Positions 45,526 to 55,844 of a DNA stretch of 64,000 bases are shown one piece after another. Source of the DNA: Candidatus Aminicenantales bacterium (GTDB lineage Bacteria > Acidobacteriota > Aminicenantia > Aminicenantales > UBA4085); assembly GCA_049515535.1 (NCBI GenBank), contig JBEKTZ010000007.1:124001-188000 (forward strand), read 5' to 3'. A program made the position numbers and the translations under genes. The notes below the pieces were generated by a model that saw only the letters and a program-made list of their open reading frames with translations, was not told the origin of the DNA and made no database searches. Within the stretch, counting starts at the first letter, position 1; the number at the start of each line of letters is the position of its first letter.

Positions 45526-47460
45526 ATGAAACGCCCGTTATCAATGATCATACCGCTGGCCGTTCTCGGGCTATTCGCCTTCGGCCAGAACCAGGATATC
45601 GTCACGGTGAAGGTCGTCCCGGCCTTGGAAACCCTCAAGCCCGGCCAGGCCTATCCTCTCACGCTCGAAGTCGCCGTTCGCGCTCCTTATCATATCAACT
45701 CGGATCAGCCTCTCGACGATTTTCTCATCGGGACGACGGTCGATTTCAAGCCCGAGCCCGGCTTGACCTATAAAAAGGTGACGTTCCCTCCGGCTGAGAT
45801 GCGCAAGCTCGAGCTCTCGGACAAGCCCATGGCCATTTATGAGGGAACGATCAAGATCACGGCCGAACTCGTCCTAGCGCCGGATGTTAAAGGCCGCGAA
45901 GTGATGATCGCGGGCACCCTCGGCTATCAGGCCTGCGACGAGAGGTCCTGCCTGCCGCCGGCGAGTGTTGCTTTCAGCCGGAAGATCGCGATTGCCGGAA
46001 CGGCGGAAACGGGCCCGGCCGGCGCTCGAATCAAAGAGTCCGCGCCTCCGACATCCGCTCCCGTCGAATCCAAAACGGAGACGCCCGCCGGGGAGCGGAA
46101 GCAGGCCGATGCTTCAACCGCTCAAAAAGAGAAGGCTGCCGCTCCCGCCGCGAATGCCGCCGGATCGTCTCAAAGCGCGAATCCTTTTGAAAACAAGGGT
46201 CTTTTTCTCACCTTCATCCTGGTTTTTCTCGGCGGCCTGGCGCTCAACTTGACGCCCTGCATTTATCCGCTCATCCCGATCACGATCAGCTACTTCGGCG
46301 GCCAGTCCCAGGGTAAAAAAGGGGGTGTCGTCGCCCACGCGGTGCTCTACGTCGTCGGCATGGCCATGACCTACTCCATCTTGGGCGTGATCGCGGCCTT
46401 CACCGGCAGCCTTTTCGGCGCCGCTCTGCAATATCCGCCGGTGCTCATCGGGATCGCCCTGGTCATGGTCCTTCTGGCCTTGAGCATGTTCAATGTCTAT
46501 GAGCTGCGCGTTCCCGCGTTTCTCAATAAATTCGCCGGCGGCTCGCAGAAAGGATTTTTCGGGACGTTCTTCATGGGCCTGACCTGCGGCATCATCGCCG
46601 CGCCGTGTATCGGCCCCTTTGTCCTCGGGCTCCTGACCTACGTCGGCGACAGAGGCAACGTCCTTCTCGGCTTCTCCTTGTTCTTTGTCCTGGCCCTGGG
46701 GCTCGGTGTCCCGTTTCTCTTCCTCGGCATCTTCTCGGGCAGCCTCAAGCGCATTCCCCGCTCGGGCGCGTGGATGGTCTGGGTCCGGACGATCTTTGGG
46801 TTCATTCTCATCGCCATGGCCATCTATTTTCTAAAAACATTGTTCCCCAACGCGCTTTTCTACAATCTCGCGCTCGCCCTGACCTTGGCCGTCGCGGGAG
46901 TTTATATGGCCTGGATCGAGCCGACGAAAACGGCCGGCAAGGCCTTCCCTTATGTCCGGAACATTTTCGGCGTGATTTTTTTCGTTCTCGCGCTCTATAC
47001 CGCCGCGACCGGCATCCAGGGTTATCTGGACGATGAGATCGCGACCCGGCTCCAATCGCTGTCGTCGGCGAAGGGCGCTCTCGTGCCGGGCGACGCCGTC
47101 TCATGGCAGGTCTATTCCGAGGAGAAACTCGCCGGCGCAGTCCGCGACGGAAAACCCGTCTTCATCGACTTTTTCACCGACTGGTGCCTCGAATGCAAGG
47201 AAATGGACAGGTTGACGTTTTCCGATCCCGGCGTTGTCGCGGTGTCCCGGAATTTCGTCATGCTCAGATCCAATTTAACGAGAGATACGGATCCCGCGCT
47301 GAAGGACCTCTATAAAAAATACCAGGTCAGGGGTTTCCCCACCTATGTCTTTCTGGGCGCGGACGGCAAGGAAACGACCGAAATACGGCTCGTGGGGTTC
47401 GAGAAGAAACAGGATTTCGTTTCGAGGCTGAAGCGGGCCCTCGAACTGGGCGGGAAATAA
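45526..47460 (+). CDS. dsbD: Thiol:disulfide interchange protein DsbD
   Basis: QACDERSCLPP, LTPCIYPLIP, APCIGP, WCLECK. Confidence 0.93.
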   Translation: MKRPLSMIIPLAVLGLFAFGQNQDIVTVKVVPALETLKPGQAYPLTLEVAVRAPYHINSDQPLDDFLIGTTVDFKPEPGLTYKKVTFPPAEMRKLELSDKPMAIYEGTIKITAELVLAPDVKGREVMIAGTLGYQACDERSCLPPASVAFSRKIAIAGTAETGPAGARIKESAPPTSAPVESKTETPAGERKQADASTAQKEKAAAPAANAAGSSQSANPFENKGLFLTFILVFLGGLALNLTPCIYPLIPITISYFGGQSQGKKGGVVAHAVLYVVGMAMTYSILGVIAAFTGSLFGAALQYPPVLIGIALVMVLLALSMFNVYELRVPAFLNKFAGGSQKGFFGTFFMGLTCGIIAAPCIGPFVLGLLTYVGDRGNVLLGFSLFFVLALGLGVPFLFLGIFSGSLKRIPRSGAWMVWVRTIFGFILIAMAIYFLKTLFPNALFYNLALALTLAVAGVYMAWIEPTKTAGKAFPYVRNIFGVIFFVLALYTAATGIQGYLDDEIATRLQSLSSAKGALVPGDAVSWQVYSEEKLAGAVRDGKPVFIDFFTDWCLECKEMDRLTFSDPGVVAVSRNFVMLRSNLTRDTDPALKDLYKKYQVRGFPTYVFLGADGKETTEIRLVGFEKKQDFVSRLKRALELGGK

Positions 47461-47513
47461 GGGAAACCAGCGGGCATTTTTGCCCGACATCCGATAGGAC
47501 GTGGGAGTCAATC

Positions 47514-47846
47514 ATGAACATCCCGACTATTCCGATGACCGTGACGACGTGGGCCGCTCTCCCCGCCTCCGAACATCGCGGCGAGACGGGAACCTCGTTT
47601 TGGCGGACGTTCGAGGCCGGCGAACTGCGTGTCCGGATGGTCGACTATTCGCCCGGCTTCAAGGCCGACCACTGGTGCGGCCGGGGGCATGTCCTTCTCG
47701 TTCTGGACGGAGAGATTTCCGTCCGGCTGAAAGACGGCCGGGAGCACCGCCTGACGGCGGGCATGAGTTTTCAGGCCGGCGATGACGAAACGAATCCCCA
47801 TCTGGCCCGCTCCGATCGAGGCGCCAGAGTCTTCATCGTCGATTGA
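47514..47846 (+). CDS. DHCW-motif cupin protein
   Basis: GETG, ADHWC.RGH, FIVD. Confidence 0.88.
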   Translation: MNIPTIPMTVTTWAALPASEHRGETGTSFWRTFEAGELRVRMVDYSPGFKADHWCGRGHVLLVLDGEISVRLKDGREHRLTAGMSFQAGDDETNPHLARSDRGARVFIVD

Positions 47847-47855
47847 ATCCGCCGC

Positions 47856-48719
47856 TTACCGGCGGGACTGGATTTCAGAGATGGACTCTTCGAGAAGCCG
47901 GTTGAACTCCGCGGCGTTCTCGATCATCACGAAATGCCCGAGGCCCCGCATGATCTTGACGTCGAACGCGGCGGCGATCTTGCGGTTGCCTTCGAGGTTG
48001 ACCGGATATTGATCCGCGTTGATCGCGATGATCGGCTGCCGGACTTTTTTCAGGGTTTCGACGGGGCTGTAGGACATAATGGCCCTCAAAGCGCCGACGC
48101 CGACCGCCGGCGGCGCCGAAGACATCCTTTTGGCGATCTCGTTGACCAGCTCCGGCTTCGCGGTCGATGGAAACATGCCGCGGACATAACCGTCGGTCGT
48201 CTGGACGAAGGCGGCTTTAAAGGGAGCAATGATGTCTTCGGCCTGCTCGCGGGTATAGAGCGCCGCCCCGAGGTCGTGAAACGTGTCAACGCCGACCAGC
48301 CCGAGGATCCGGCCCGGGCACAACGCCGCGGCTTCGATGCTCGCGGCGCCTCCCATGGAATGGCCTATCAGGATGACGTTCCTCAGATTTTCCTCGCGGA
48401 TGACGGCGGCGATGTCAGCGCCGAACGCCCGGACCGTCCACTCTTTACGGTCTTTCCCGGACCGGCCGTGCCCTCCCAAGTCGATCGCGACGATCTTGTG
48501 CGTCCCGGCGAAGACGGGGATCTGCGCGTTCCAGAAATTTCCGTCGCAACACCAGCCGTGGACGAAGACGAGGGCCGGGTCGCCGGATCCCTCGAGGTGA
48601 TAGGCGATCGTGACCCCGTCGGCCGAGGGCACGGCCAGATCGCGCGGCCCGCGCCGGCAGGACGCGACGAGGAGCCCCGCGGCGAGAAGGTAGAACGCCG
48701 CGATCGAGCGCCGGGTCAT
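47856..48719 (-). CDS. Alpha/beta hydrolase lipoprotein
   Basis: Lipobox VASC; HGW, GHGRS, GHSMG, GHF. Confidence 0.9.
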   Translation of the reverse strand: MTRRSIAAFYLLAAGLLVASCRRGPRDLAVPSADGVTIAYHLEGSGDPALVFVHGWCCDGNFWNAQIPVFAGTHKIVAIDLGGHGRSGKDRKEWTVRAFGADIAAVIREENLRNVILIGHSMGGAASIEAAALCPGRILGLVGVDTFHDLGAALYTREQAEDIIAPFKAAFVQTTDGYVRGMFPSTAKPELVNEIAKRMSSAPPAVGVGALRAIMSYSPVETLKKVRQPIIAINADQYPVNLEGNRKIAAAFDVKIMRGLGHFVMIENAAEFNRLLEESISEIQSRR

Positions 48720-50845
48720 TTCAAAAACCCTCTCTTTTTCAGCAGAGGCTCGACCTTGGGTTCACGGCCGCGGAAGCGCTTGTAGAGGGCCATCGGATCC
48801 TCCGTGTCGCCGCGCGCCAGGATGTTTTTTCTGTAGCTCTGGGCCGTGGCCTGGTCGTAAAGGCTCGTCTCTTTGAACGCCTGGAAGGCGTCGGCGTCGA
48901 GGACGTTGGACCAAATATAGCTGTAGTAGCCCGCGGAATAGCCGCTCGAAAAGATGTGCTGGAAGTACGGACTCCGATAGCGGACCACGATCTCCGGGAT
49001 GAGGCCGATTTTGCTCATGGACGCGTTCTCGAAAGCCACGGCGTCCTGTTCTTTGGAATCGGTGAGGGTATGCCAGTCCATATCCAGGAACGAGGCGGCG
49101 AGGTATTCGACGGTGGCGAATCCCTGGTTGAACAGGCCGGCTTTTTCGATCTTGTTCACGAGCGCTTGCGGGATCGGCTCCCCGGTCTGATAATGCTTCG
49201 CGTAGGTCTTGATGACTTCGGGATCGCCCGCCCAGTTCTCCATGATTTGAGAGGGAAGCTCGACGAAATCCCGGGGGACGTTCGTCCCGGCCAGCGATTC
49301 GTACGTGCAGTCCGACAGCAGATCGTGCAGGGCGTGGCCGAATTCGTGGAACAGGGTCAGGGCCTCCTCAAACGTCAGGAGGGACGGTTTGTCGCCGACG
49401 GGCATGGAGAAATTGCCGTTGTTGGAGACGACCGGCGTGATTTTCTTGCCGTTTCTGACGGACTGGTTGCGAAACGAGTTCGACCAGGCGCCGCCGCGCT
49501 TATTCGCCCTCGGGAAATAATCCGTGTAGAGGATGCCGATGTGGGTCCCGTCGGCCTCCTTGACTTCGAATGTTTTCACCTCGGGATGATATTTCGGGAT
49601 GTCCGTCCTTTCGATGAACTGGAGCCCCCAGAGCTTGCTGGCGACGGCGAACGCCCCGTCGCGAACATTTTCGAGTTTGAAATATGGCTTGAGGGCCAGG
49701 TCGTCCAGCTCATATTTGGCCTTCTTTAGCTTTTCCGCGTAATACCACCAGTCCCATGCGGCGAGCTTGAAATTCCCGCCTTCTTTGTCGATGAGGGTTT
49801 GGAGGTCGCGGGCTTCTTTTTTAGCCATGGCCAGGGCCGGCGTCCAGAGCTGGTTCAGGAGCTTGTAGACGTTTTCCGGTTTTTTGGCCATGTTCTCTTC
49901 GAGGATGTAATCGGCATGCGTTTTATAGCCAAGGAGATTGGCTCGCTTGACCCGCAGCGCGGCGATCCTGGACAGGACGGCCTTGTTGTCCGAACCGTTG
50001 TTGTTGTCGCCGCGGTGGATATAAGCCTTGAACATCTTCTCCCGGAGATCGCGCTTCCCGGAATACTGAAGGAAGGGGATGAGGCTGGGCTTGTGGAGCG
50101 AGAAGACCCATTTGCCTTCCAGCCCCCGATTCTTGGCGGCCTCGGCGGCGCCGGCAATTACGGCCTCCGGCAGCCCGGCCAGGTCTTCTTTCTTGTCGAG
50201 CACGAGAGCGAAATCGTTGTCTTCCTTTAGGACGTCGTCGCCGAACTTCACGGTCAGCGTCGAAAGCTCCTCGTTGATCTTGCGGAACTCGGCTTTCTTG
50301 GCCTCGTCGAGGTTCGCGCCTCCCCGGACAAAAATCTTGTAGAATTTCTCGAGGAGCCTCGCCTGCTCGGGGTTGAGACCGAGCTTGTCTCTTTGGTCAT
50401 TGACGGCCTTCACTCTCTGGAAGAGCTTCTGGTTCAGATTGATGTCGTCTTGGTGTTTGGCCAGAAGGGGGGCGACGGCGCTTTGGGTCTTCTGCATTTC
50501 GTCGTTGGTGTTGGACGAAGTCAGGTTGTAAAAAACGTTGCTGACTTTGGTCAGCAGCTCGCCGCTCCTCTCCAGCGCTTCGAGCGTGTTGGCGAAGGTC
50601 GGGGCGTCGGGGTTGTTCGTGATGGCCTCGATCTCTTTTTTCTGCCGATCCATGCCGGCCTGGAAGGCGGGCATATAATGCGCGTCCTTGATCTTGTCGA
50701 ACGGCGGCGTCTCGAACGGCGTGTCCCAGGCGATGAAGAAGGGGTTGACGTCCTGCGTCGCGGGCGGCGCCGGCGTTTCTTTTTTAGTCGAGCAAAATGT
50801 CGTCATGGCGGCCAGGAGGGCCAGAAGGATCAGGTTTTTTTTCAT
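48716..50845 (-). CDS. dcp: M3 metallopeptidase (peptidyl-dipeptidase Dcp-like)
   Basis: KRGGAW, FHEFGH, DFVELPSQ, YSAGYYSY. Confidence 0.9.
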   Translation of the reverse strand: MKKNLILLALLAAMTTFCSTKKETPAPPATQDVNPFFIAWDTPFETPPFDKIKDAHYMPAFQAGMDRQKKEIEAITNNPDAPTFANTLEALERSGELLTKVSNVFYNLTSSNTNDEMQKTQSAVAPLLAKHQDDINLNQKLFQRVKAVNDQRDKLGLNPEQARLLEKFYKIFVRGGANLDEAKKAEFRKINEELSTLTVKFGDDVLKEDNDFALVLDKKEDLAGLPEAVIAGAAEAAKNRGLEGKWVFSLHKPSLIPFLQYSGKRDLREKMFKAYIHRGDNNNGSDNKAVLSRIAALRVKRANLLGYKTHADYILEENMAKKPENVYKLLNQLWTPALAMAKKEARDLQTLIDKEGGNFKLAAWDWWYYAEKLKKAKYELDDLALKPYFKLENVRDGAFAVASKLWGLQFIERTDIPKYHPEVKTFEVKEADGTHIGILYTDYFPRANKRGGAWSNSFRNQSVRNGKKITPVVSNNGNFSMPVGDKPSLLTFEEALTLFHEFGHALHDLLSDCTYESLAGTNVPRDFVELPSQIMENWAGDPEVIKTYAKHYQTGEPIPQALVNKIEKAGLFNQGFATVEYLAASFLDMDWHTLTDSKEQDAVAFENASMSKIGLIPEIVVRYRSPYFQHIFSSGYSAGYYSYIWSNVLDADAFQAFKETSLYDQATAQSYRKNILARGDTEDPMALYKRFRGREPKVEPLLKKRGFLK

Positions 50846-50884
50846 GCCGAATGACTCCTTGAACGAGCATGGGATTTCCGCTTT

Positions 50885-51697
50885 CTATTTTATCTTATTT
50901 GGCCGCGGAAAAAACAGGATGTCCAGAAATTCGGCGAGGACCATGGCCGTCGCTCCCCAGATTTTATGATCCTTGTAAGCATAGAACGGTATGTTGAGGA
51001 GTTCGCCCCTAATCGTCCATTTCTCCTCGCGGGCGTTCCGCGGATCCATCATGTGGACAAGGGGGACTTCGATGATCTCGGCGACTTCGCCGGGGTGCGG
51101 CGTGAACGCGACGGAACCGTCCGCCGCCGCGACGACGGGATAAATGCAGAAGTTGCTTGGCTGGATATAGAGCGGGGTCAGTTCGCCGATAACGCGCAGG
51201 CGCTTCGGCGCGACGCCCAGCTCCTCCCACGTCTCGCGAAGGGCGGCCTGAACGAAATCCTCGCCGGGCTCAAGTTGCCCCCCGGGGAAACCGATTTGGT
51301 CTTTGTGATGCATGACCGTGTTCGTCCGGAGGATAAGCGGGAGGTGCCAGGAGCCGTCTCGAGGATAGAGCAGGAGCATGACGCCGGCTTTCAGGCAGAC
51401 ATCCTCGACAGCGGCTGGGGCCCCGGGCTTTGCCCGGGGGTCCACGGCGGGCGGGGCCCCGGGTTTTGCCCGGGGATCCATTTCCGCCGTACTCGCCCGT
51501 CGATATAAGCCACGGGCGAGTGGCGAGCCGAAGGCTCGTCCCTTGACTTCCGCCGCGAAGGCTCGTCCCTTGACTTCGGCATAGGATCTGCGATCGGGGA
51601 ACGGATACGGCATCATTTTCAATTGGGCCGGCAAACCCGGCTTGGCCGACCTGAGAGCGTGTTCGATCTTGGCCAGAACTGCGGAATTGTTCGTCAT
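50885..51697 (-). CDS. Nudix CoA pyrophosphatase with a 55-aa repeat-derived insert
   Basis: LR....H..QIGFPGG, AALRETWEELG, IWGATA. Confidence 0.88.
   Translation of the reverse strand: MTNNSAVLAKIEHALRSAKPGLPAQLKMMPYPFPDRRSYAEVKGRAFAAEVKGRAFGSPLARGLYRRASTAEMDPRAKPGAPPAVDPRAKPGAPAAVEDVCLKAGVMLLLYPRDGSWHLPLILRTNTVMHHKDQIGFPGGQLEPGEDFVQAALRETWEELGVAPKRLRVIGELTPLYIQPSNFCIYPVVAAADGSVAFTPHPGEVAEIIEVPLVHMMDPRNAREEKWTIRGELLNIPFYAYKDHKIWGATAMVLAEFLDILFFPRPNKIK
51410..51574. mobile_element. Nested palindromic mini-element (102-nt form inside 63-nt form), in-frame in the Nudix gene
   Basis: Inner copy 51446-51547; outer halves rejoin into the 63-nt form. Confidence 0.85.
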
Positions 51698-51761
51698 GGA
51701 AACCTATCATTCATGCGATTTCAGAAAGGAAAACGACCGCTTTAGTGAAATCAAGCCGGCT

Positions 51762-52772
51762 TCAGGGAAGGGGCGATATTTTCAGGTAATAATCCAGGTT
51801 GAGAGTGGAGCCCTCCCTGCCGGAAATGTTCACATAATACGATCCGGGTGGAAGGATGAGAGTCCCCAGGGGCGGCCGGTTCTTTTCGACGGTTTGTTTC
51901 GTATTCAAATCCGGGAAAAGCCCATATTCGTAATCCACCTTTTCCCGTCCGTCGGATCCGGAGTGAAAGATCCTCCAGCCTTTGGTCTCTGAATTGATCT
52001 GATTGGCGGCATGGAATTTGTAGGCTTTCATTCCGGCGGGGACGATGAACTTCTGGATATTTCCGATGAGCATTTCCCCTTGACGCTTGATATAGAGGGA
52101 TACCAATTCGGGCTTGTCCGCGGGCGGCGGCGGGATCACGGCGGCCATGAAGATCGGGTCATCGACGATCTTGCCCCAGTAAATTTTGCCGAGCCACGCG
52201 CAGTCGGGCATGGCGGTATAAGCCTTCACGTCGGCGTCGGGATCGGCCGGGAATTTGAGCCTGAATTCGAGCGCCGCCGCCGGTTCGCGGGCGAGGCAGA
52301 CCAGATAGAGTCCCCGCGTGTTGCTTTTAGCTTCGACGGTGAAATTGAAACGGCGGGTTTCCCGGCACGGGGCGGCGCCGGCGGGCGCGGGATGCGTGGT
52401 CAAATCCTGCGGATAGCACGTCCGCGCGCCTTGAGGAAGCTGGAGTTTTTCATCGGAAAAGGGATTCTCGCCGGTGATGATGATCCTCCGCCGGGCCTTG
52501 TCGGCGGCGTACGTCAGAACAAGAGTGTACCGGCTCCCGGCTTCGGCGGGGAAATGATAGATCTCGACATATGGAAACCCGCCGTTTTCCGTCCAGGCCC
52601 AGAGCTTTTTCGACGCCTGGTTTTGGCTGAGAGGCGGCCGGTTTTGAAAGGCGCGGACCTGCTGGTTGATGCCGACGAAATCCCCCTGCTGGCCCGAAAT
52701 CGGGCCGGCCGGCGGCAGAAGACAGACCAGACCGATGAAAACGACTCTCTGGATCTTGCTTCGTTTTCTCAC
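51762..52772 (-). CDS. Exported hypothetical protein
   Basis: GTG after GAGGGAG; signal-like N-terminus. Confidence 0.6.
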   Translation of the reverse strand: MRKRSKIQRVVFIGLVCLLPPAGPISGQQGDFVGINQQVRAFQNRPPLSQNQASKKLWAWTENGGFPYVEIYHFPAEAGSRYTLVLTYAADKARRRIIITGENPFSDEKLQLPQGARTCYPQDLTTHPAPAGAAPCRETRRFNFTVEAKSNTRGLYLVCLAREPAAALEFRLKFPADPDADVKAYTAMPDCAWLGKIYWGKIVDDPIFMAAVIPPPPADKPELVSLYIKRQGEMLIGNIQKFIVPAGMKAYKFHAANQINSETKGWRIFHSGSDGREKVDYEYGLFPDLNTKQTVEKNRPPLGTLILPPGSYYVNISGREGSTLNLDYYLKISPLP

Positions 52773-52914
52773 GACGGCTCCCTCCTCTCAATCATGTATA
52801 CATGAAGAAAGAAGGCTTTGTCCAGAGGCGATAGAGTTCAGAGACGCCACAGATAGGAGGCTTTGAAAAAAAATCCTTTTTTCGATTCGAGAAAGCGATT
52901 ATATAGGTTCCAGC

Positions 52915-55581
52915 TCATAGGTTCCAGCGATAGGAAACCTTGAGCATGAAGATGTTTTCTCCCGGCGCCGTCAGAAGATCGCCCAGGTCGCGCCCAAGAT
53001 CGAAATTTCCCGGATGGGCATAATCCGCCCGGTTCTGAGTCCAGACAAAATAGAGCAAGGAACCGGGATAGTATTCCCAGCGCAGGACGATCGTGCCGCG
53101 GAGGGACTTCATGTTGAAATCGGGATTCCCGAAGAAGAACGGGGACGCGGGACCGGAACCGTCCGGATCGATCGTGTAAAGTCCACCGGCATAATCGATC
53201 GTCGATGCGCCTTGGCCATAAACGTTGAAGTCGTAGGTCTTGGGCCGGGCGAGCTCTTTGAACCGGTCGTAGCGGCCGACGGCGATGAACGGTTGGAGAT
53301 AGGCCTGAAGCGTCAGCTTCGGCGTGAACGTCCAGTCGAGCCGAATCTCGGCCGAGAGCACTTTTTGGTTGAGTCGGCTGAAAACGTAGCGTGCGCCGTA
53401 GGTGTCGGGCATGAGCGCGTCGTTGACCCGCGTCACCCATTGGTGCCCCGTTTCTTCAAATGCGTAGCCGGGGCCGATGGACAAGCTGAGGTTGCTCCGC
53501 GGCTTCCAGCGCAGGGAGATCTGGCCGCTGATCTGTTGGCTCGCTCCGGGCTGGGTATACGCCGACATGCTGCCGTCGATGACCACGGGCTTCCGGCTAT
53601 CCGTCGACAGCTGCGCGTCCAATTCCCAACCCCACGGTCTGAGAACGAGAGGGCCGCCCCGGGTCATGTCGTTGTTGTAGGTTCTGGGATTGTAAGCGAG
53701 CATGACATTGAAATTCCAGAAGTTGCGAAACACGCCCTGCGCGGAAGCCAGCCACCCTTCATAGATCCTGTTGCCGCCGAAATCGTAATTCCGGGCCACG
53801 CCGACAAAAACCAAGGCCTGCTGAAAGATTTTCCCCGGCTTTGTCCATTGGTAAGCCGGGAGGATCGAGAGGTTGATGATATCGGATTTCCCGTATTGAA
53901 AGCCCATGTCGTTGGGGTCGAACCCGGGCGATAAGGCGCCGGCTTGGAAGAGCCAAATGAAGTCGCCGTTTTGCTTGGCGAAGCTCAAGCGGCCGCCCCA
54001 GCCGGAGAGGGATTTCGCGAGCGGGTCCACGCTGAGGTACGAGGCGTCGGGCCGCTGGAAGTAGTGCATCGATGAATTTTGGAGACGGAAGATGTCCTCG
54101 GGCGTCCCTTCGACGCGCGTCCCGCCTAGCCATCCTCCGACGACATAATTCCGTTCTTTATCGAGGAACGTCCAGCCGTCGGCGGCCAGAGTGAAGGCGT
54201 TCTTGTTGAGGATGCCGCTCAGCGTGTCGCTCCGGAGATCGCGCATGACGCCCGTGGCCATGAGCCCGAAGCCCCGCTGGCCCTGGTTGATGTCCTTCTG
54301 GGCGCGGAAGGCACCGTAATATGAAAACGGCTCGACTTCCTGCTCGAATCGGGAGCCCGACGAGTCGATCTCGGCGTATTCGCGCATAGTCAGGGCGTTG
54401 ACGAAACCGACGTTCCAACCGCCCATCTTGCCCGTGATCTTGGCCGCGCCGAGGATTTTCGAATAACCGGGCATATCCACGAAGCCGTCCTGCGTGACGT
54501 AACCCTGCGGAGAACGTCCGATGCGGCGGCTATAGAAGAAGTTGGGACTGGGCCAGTTGATATTGGCGTTCATGTAGACGCCGCCGCGGCCGAATCCGTT
54601 GAAGATGGACGCTCCCTCGATGAAGAAAGGCCGCTTTTCTTCGTAGTAGGTCTCGTAGGCCGAGAGATTGAGTACGGCCGGGTCCACTTCAACCTGCCCG
54701 AAATCCGGATTGACCGTGGCGTCGAGCGTCAGATTGCTCTGGAGGCTCATTTTCAAGTCGAAGCCCATATTGCCCAGGTATTTGTGCCCCCGTTCGTAGG
54801 GATTGCCCGGTTCGGCGGGCTTGAACTGGGCCTGGCCGACGGTGTAGGGAAGGACCTCGATGTGACGGCCGGGGCTGATGCCCTTGATCCCTTCGAGGCG
54901 GGCGAACTTCGAGACGAAGGCCGGTTCGTTTTTCGGGACCCATGCGAAGCTGGCCCTTTCCTGCTTGCGTTTGATGACGCGGCTGAAGTTCACTCCCCAG
55001 ACGTACTCATCCTTCTTTGGAAACCGGATCTGGTTGAACGGAATCTTCATCTCCACCGCCCAGCCCTTGTCGTTGATCGCGGTCTTCCATTCCCAGACGC
55101 CGTCCCAGGATGTGTCTTCGTTGACGTCGTTCGAAAGGGCTTCATCGAGGATGGAGCCGGCCGGATTGACGCCGAACAAATATCCGGTTCTCTTGTCATC
55201 GTAGGGATCGACGGCGAAATAGAACCAGTCGGAATCGATTTGGGAATCGCGGCGGCCCATGAGGCTCTTGATTCCCTTCGGATCAGAGTCAAAGCAAAAC
55301 GCCGCGACATAGAGCGCCTTGTCGTCATAGGCGACCCAGACCTGCGTCTTTTCGGTCGACGGCGCGCCGTCCTGAGGATCATTCTGGATGAATCCGTCGG
55401 CCGGAGGATTCTGCCAGACTTTTTCATTCAGGATGCCGTCTAGAGTGATGGGCTCTTCCGTCCGGTAGGCTTTGAGGATTCGCGGCTGCCAATCCTTTTT
55501 ATCCTGAGCGGCTATCTTGTCCGTCGTCCCCAGAAGCAGAGGAAGCGCGAGCATGATGAGGGCGAGGGTCACTTTTTTCAT
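52915..55581 (-). CDS. CBM9-like/DUF5916 outer-membrane protein
   Basis: LDG.LNE..W, AVEMKIPF, TVNPDFGQVEVD, EKRPFF.EG, FYSRRIG. Confidence 0.88.
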   Translation of the reverse strand: MKKVTLALIMLALPLLLGTTDKIAAQDKKDWQPRILKAYRTEEPITLDGILNEKVWQNPPADGFIQNDPQDGAPSTEKTQVWVAYDDKALYVAAFCFDSDPKGIKSLMGRRDSQIDSDWFYFAVDPYDDKRTGYLFGVNPAGSILDEALSNDVNEDTSWDGVWEWKTAINDKGWAVEMKIPFNQIRFPKKDEYVWGVNFSRVIKRKQERASFAWVPKNEPAFVSKFARLEGIKGISPGRHIEVLPYTVGQAQFKPAEPGNPYERGHKYLGNMGFDLKMSLQSNLTLDATVNPDFGQVEVDPAVLNLSAYETYYEEKRPFFIEGASIFNGFGRGGVYMNANINWPSPNFFYSRRIGRSPQGYVTQDGFVDMPGYSKILGAAKITGKMGGWNVGFVNALTMREYAEIDSSGSRFEQEVEPFSYYGAFRAQKDINQGQRGFGLMATGVMRDLRSDTLSGILNKNAFTLAADGWTFLDKERNYVVGGWLGGTRVEGTPEDIFRLQNSSMHYFQRPDASYLSVDPLAKSLSGWGGRLSFAKQNGDFIWLFQAGALSPGFDPNDMGFQYGKSDIINLSILPAYQWTKPGKIFQQALVFVGVARNYDFGGNRIYEGWLASAQGVFRNFWNFNVMLAYNPRTYNNDMTRGGPLVLRPWGWELDAQLSTDSRKPVVIDGSMSAYTQPGASQQISGQISLRWKPRSNLSLSIGPGYAFEETGHQWVTRVNDALMPDTYGARYVFSRLNQKVLSAEIRLDWTFTPKLTLQAYLQPFIAVGRYDRFKELARPKTYDFNVYGQGASTIDYAGGLYTIDPDGSGPASPFFFGNPDFNMKSLRGTIVLRWEYYPGSLLYFVWTQNRADYAHPGNFDLGRDLGDLLTAPGENIFMLKVSYRWNL

Positions 55582-55844
55582 ATATGATCTCCTGGTTTGA
55601 TCTCGATTCCGGAAAATCGTCTCATTTATTCCGCCGCCGATATTTTGGGCGGAAAACCATTTCTCATCCGTATATACGCCGAATCCGGAAAAATGGTTCA
55701 CGTCCGCGGCTGATATATCTGTTCGCGCGAGCTAGGCGCGTTCGCCTATGTCGATTTTGAAAATCCCGGCGGCGGAGAGTATGATGGAATCTCCGGGCGG
55801 CCCGTTCTTGAAGAGGCCCAGCGGTGAAAGCGAGGGAAGGCGAC

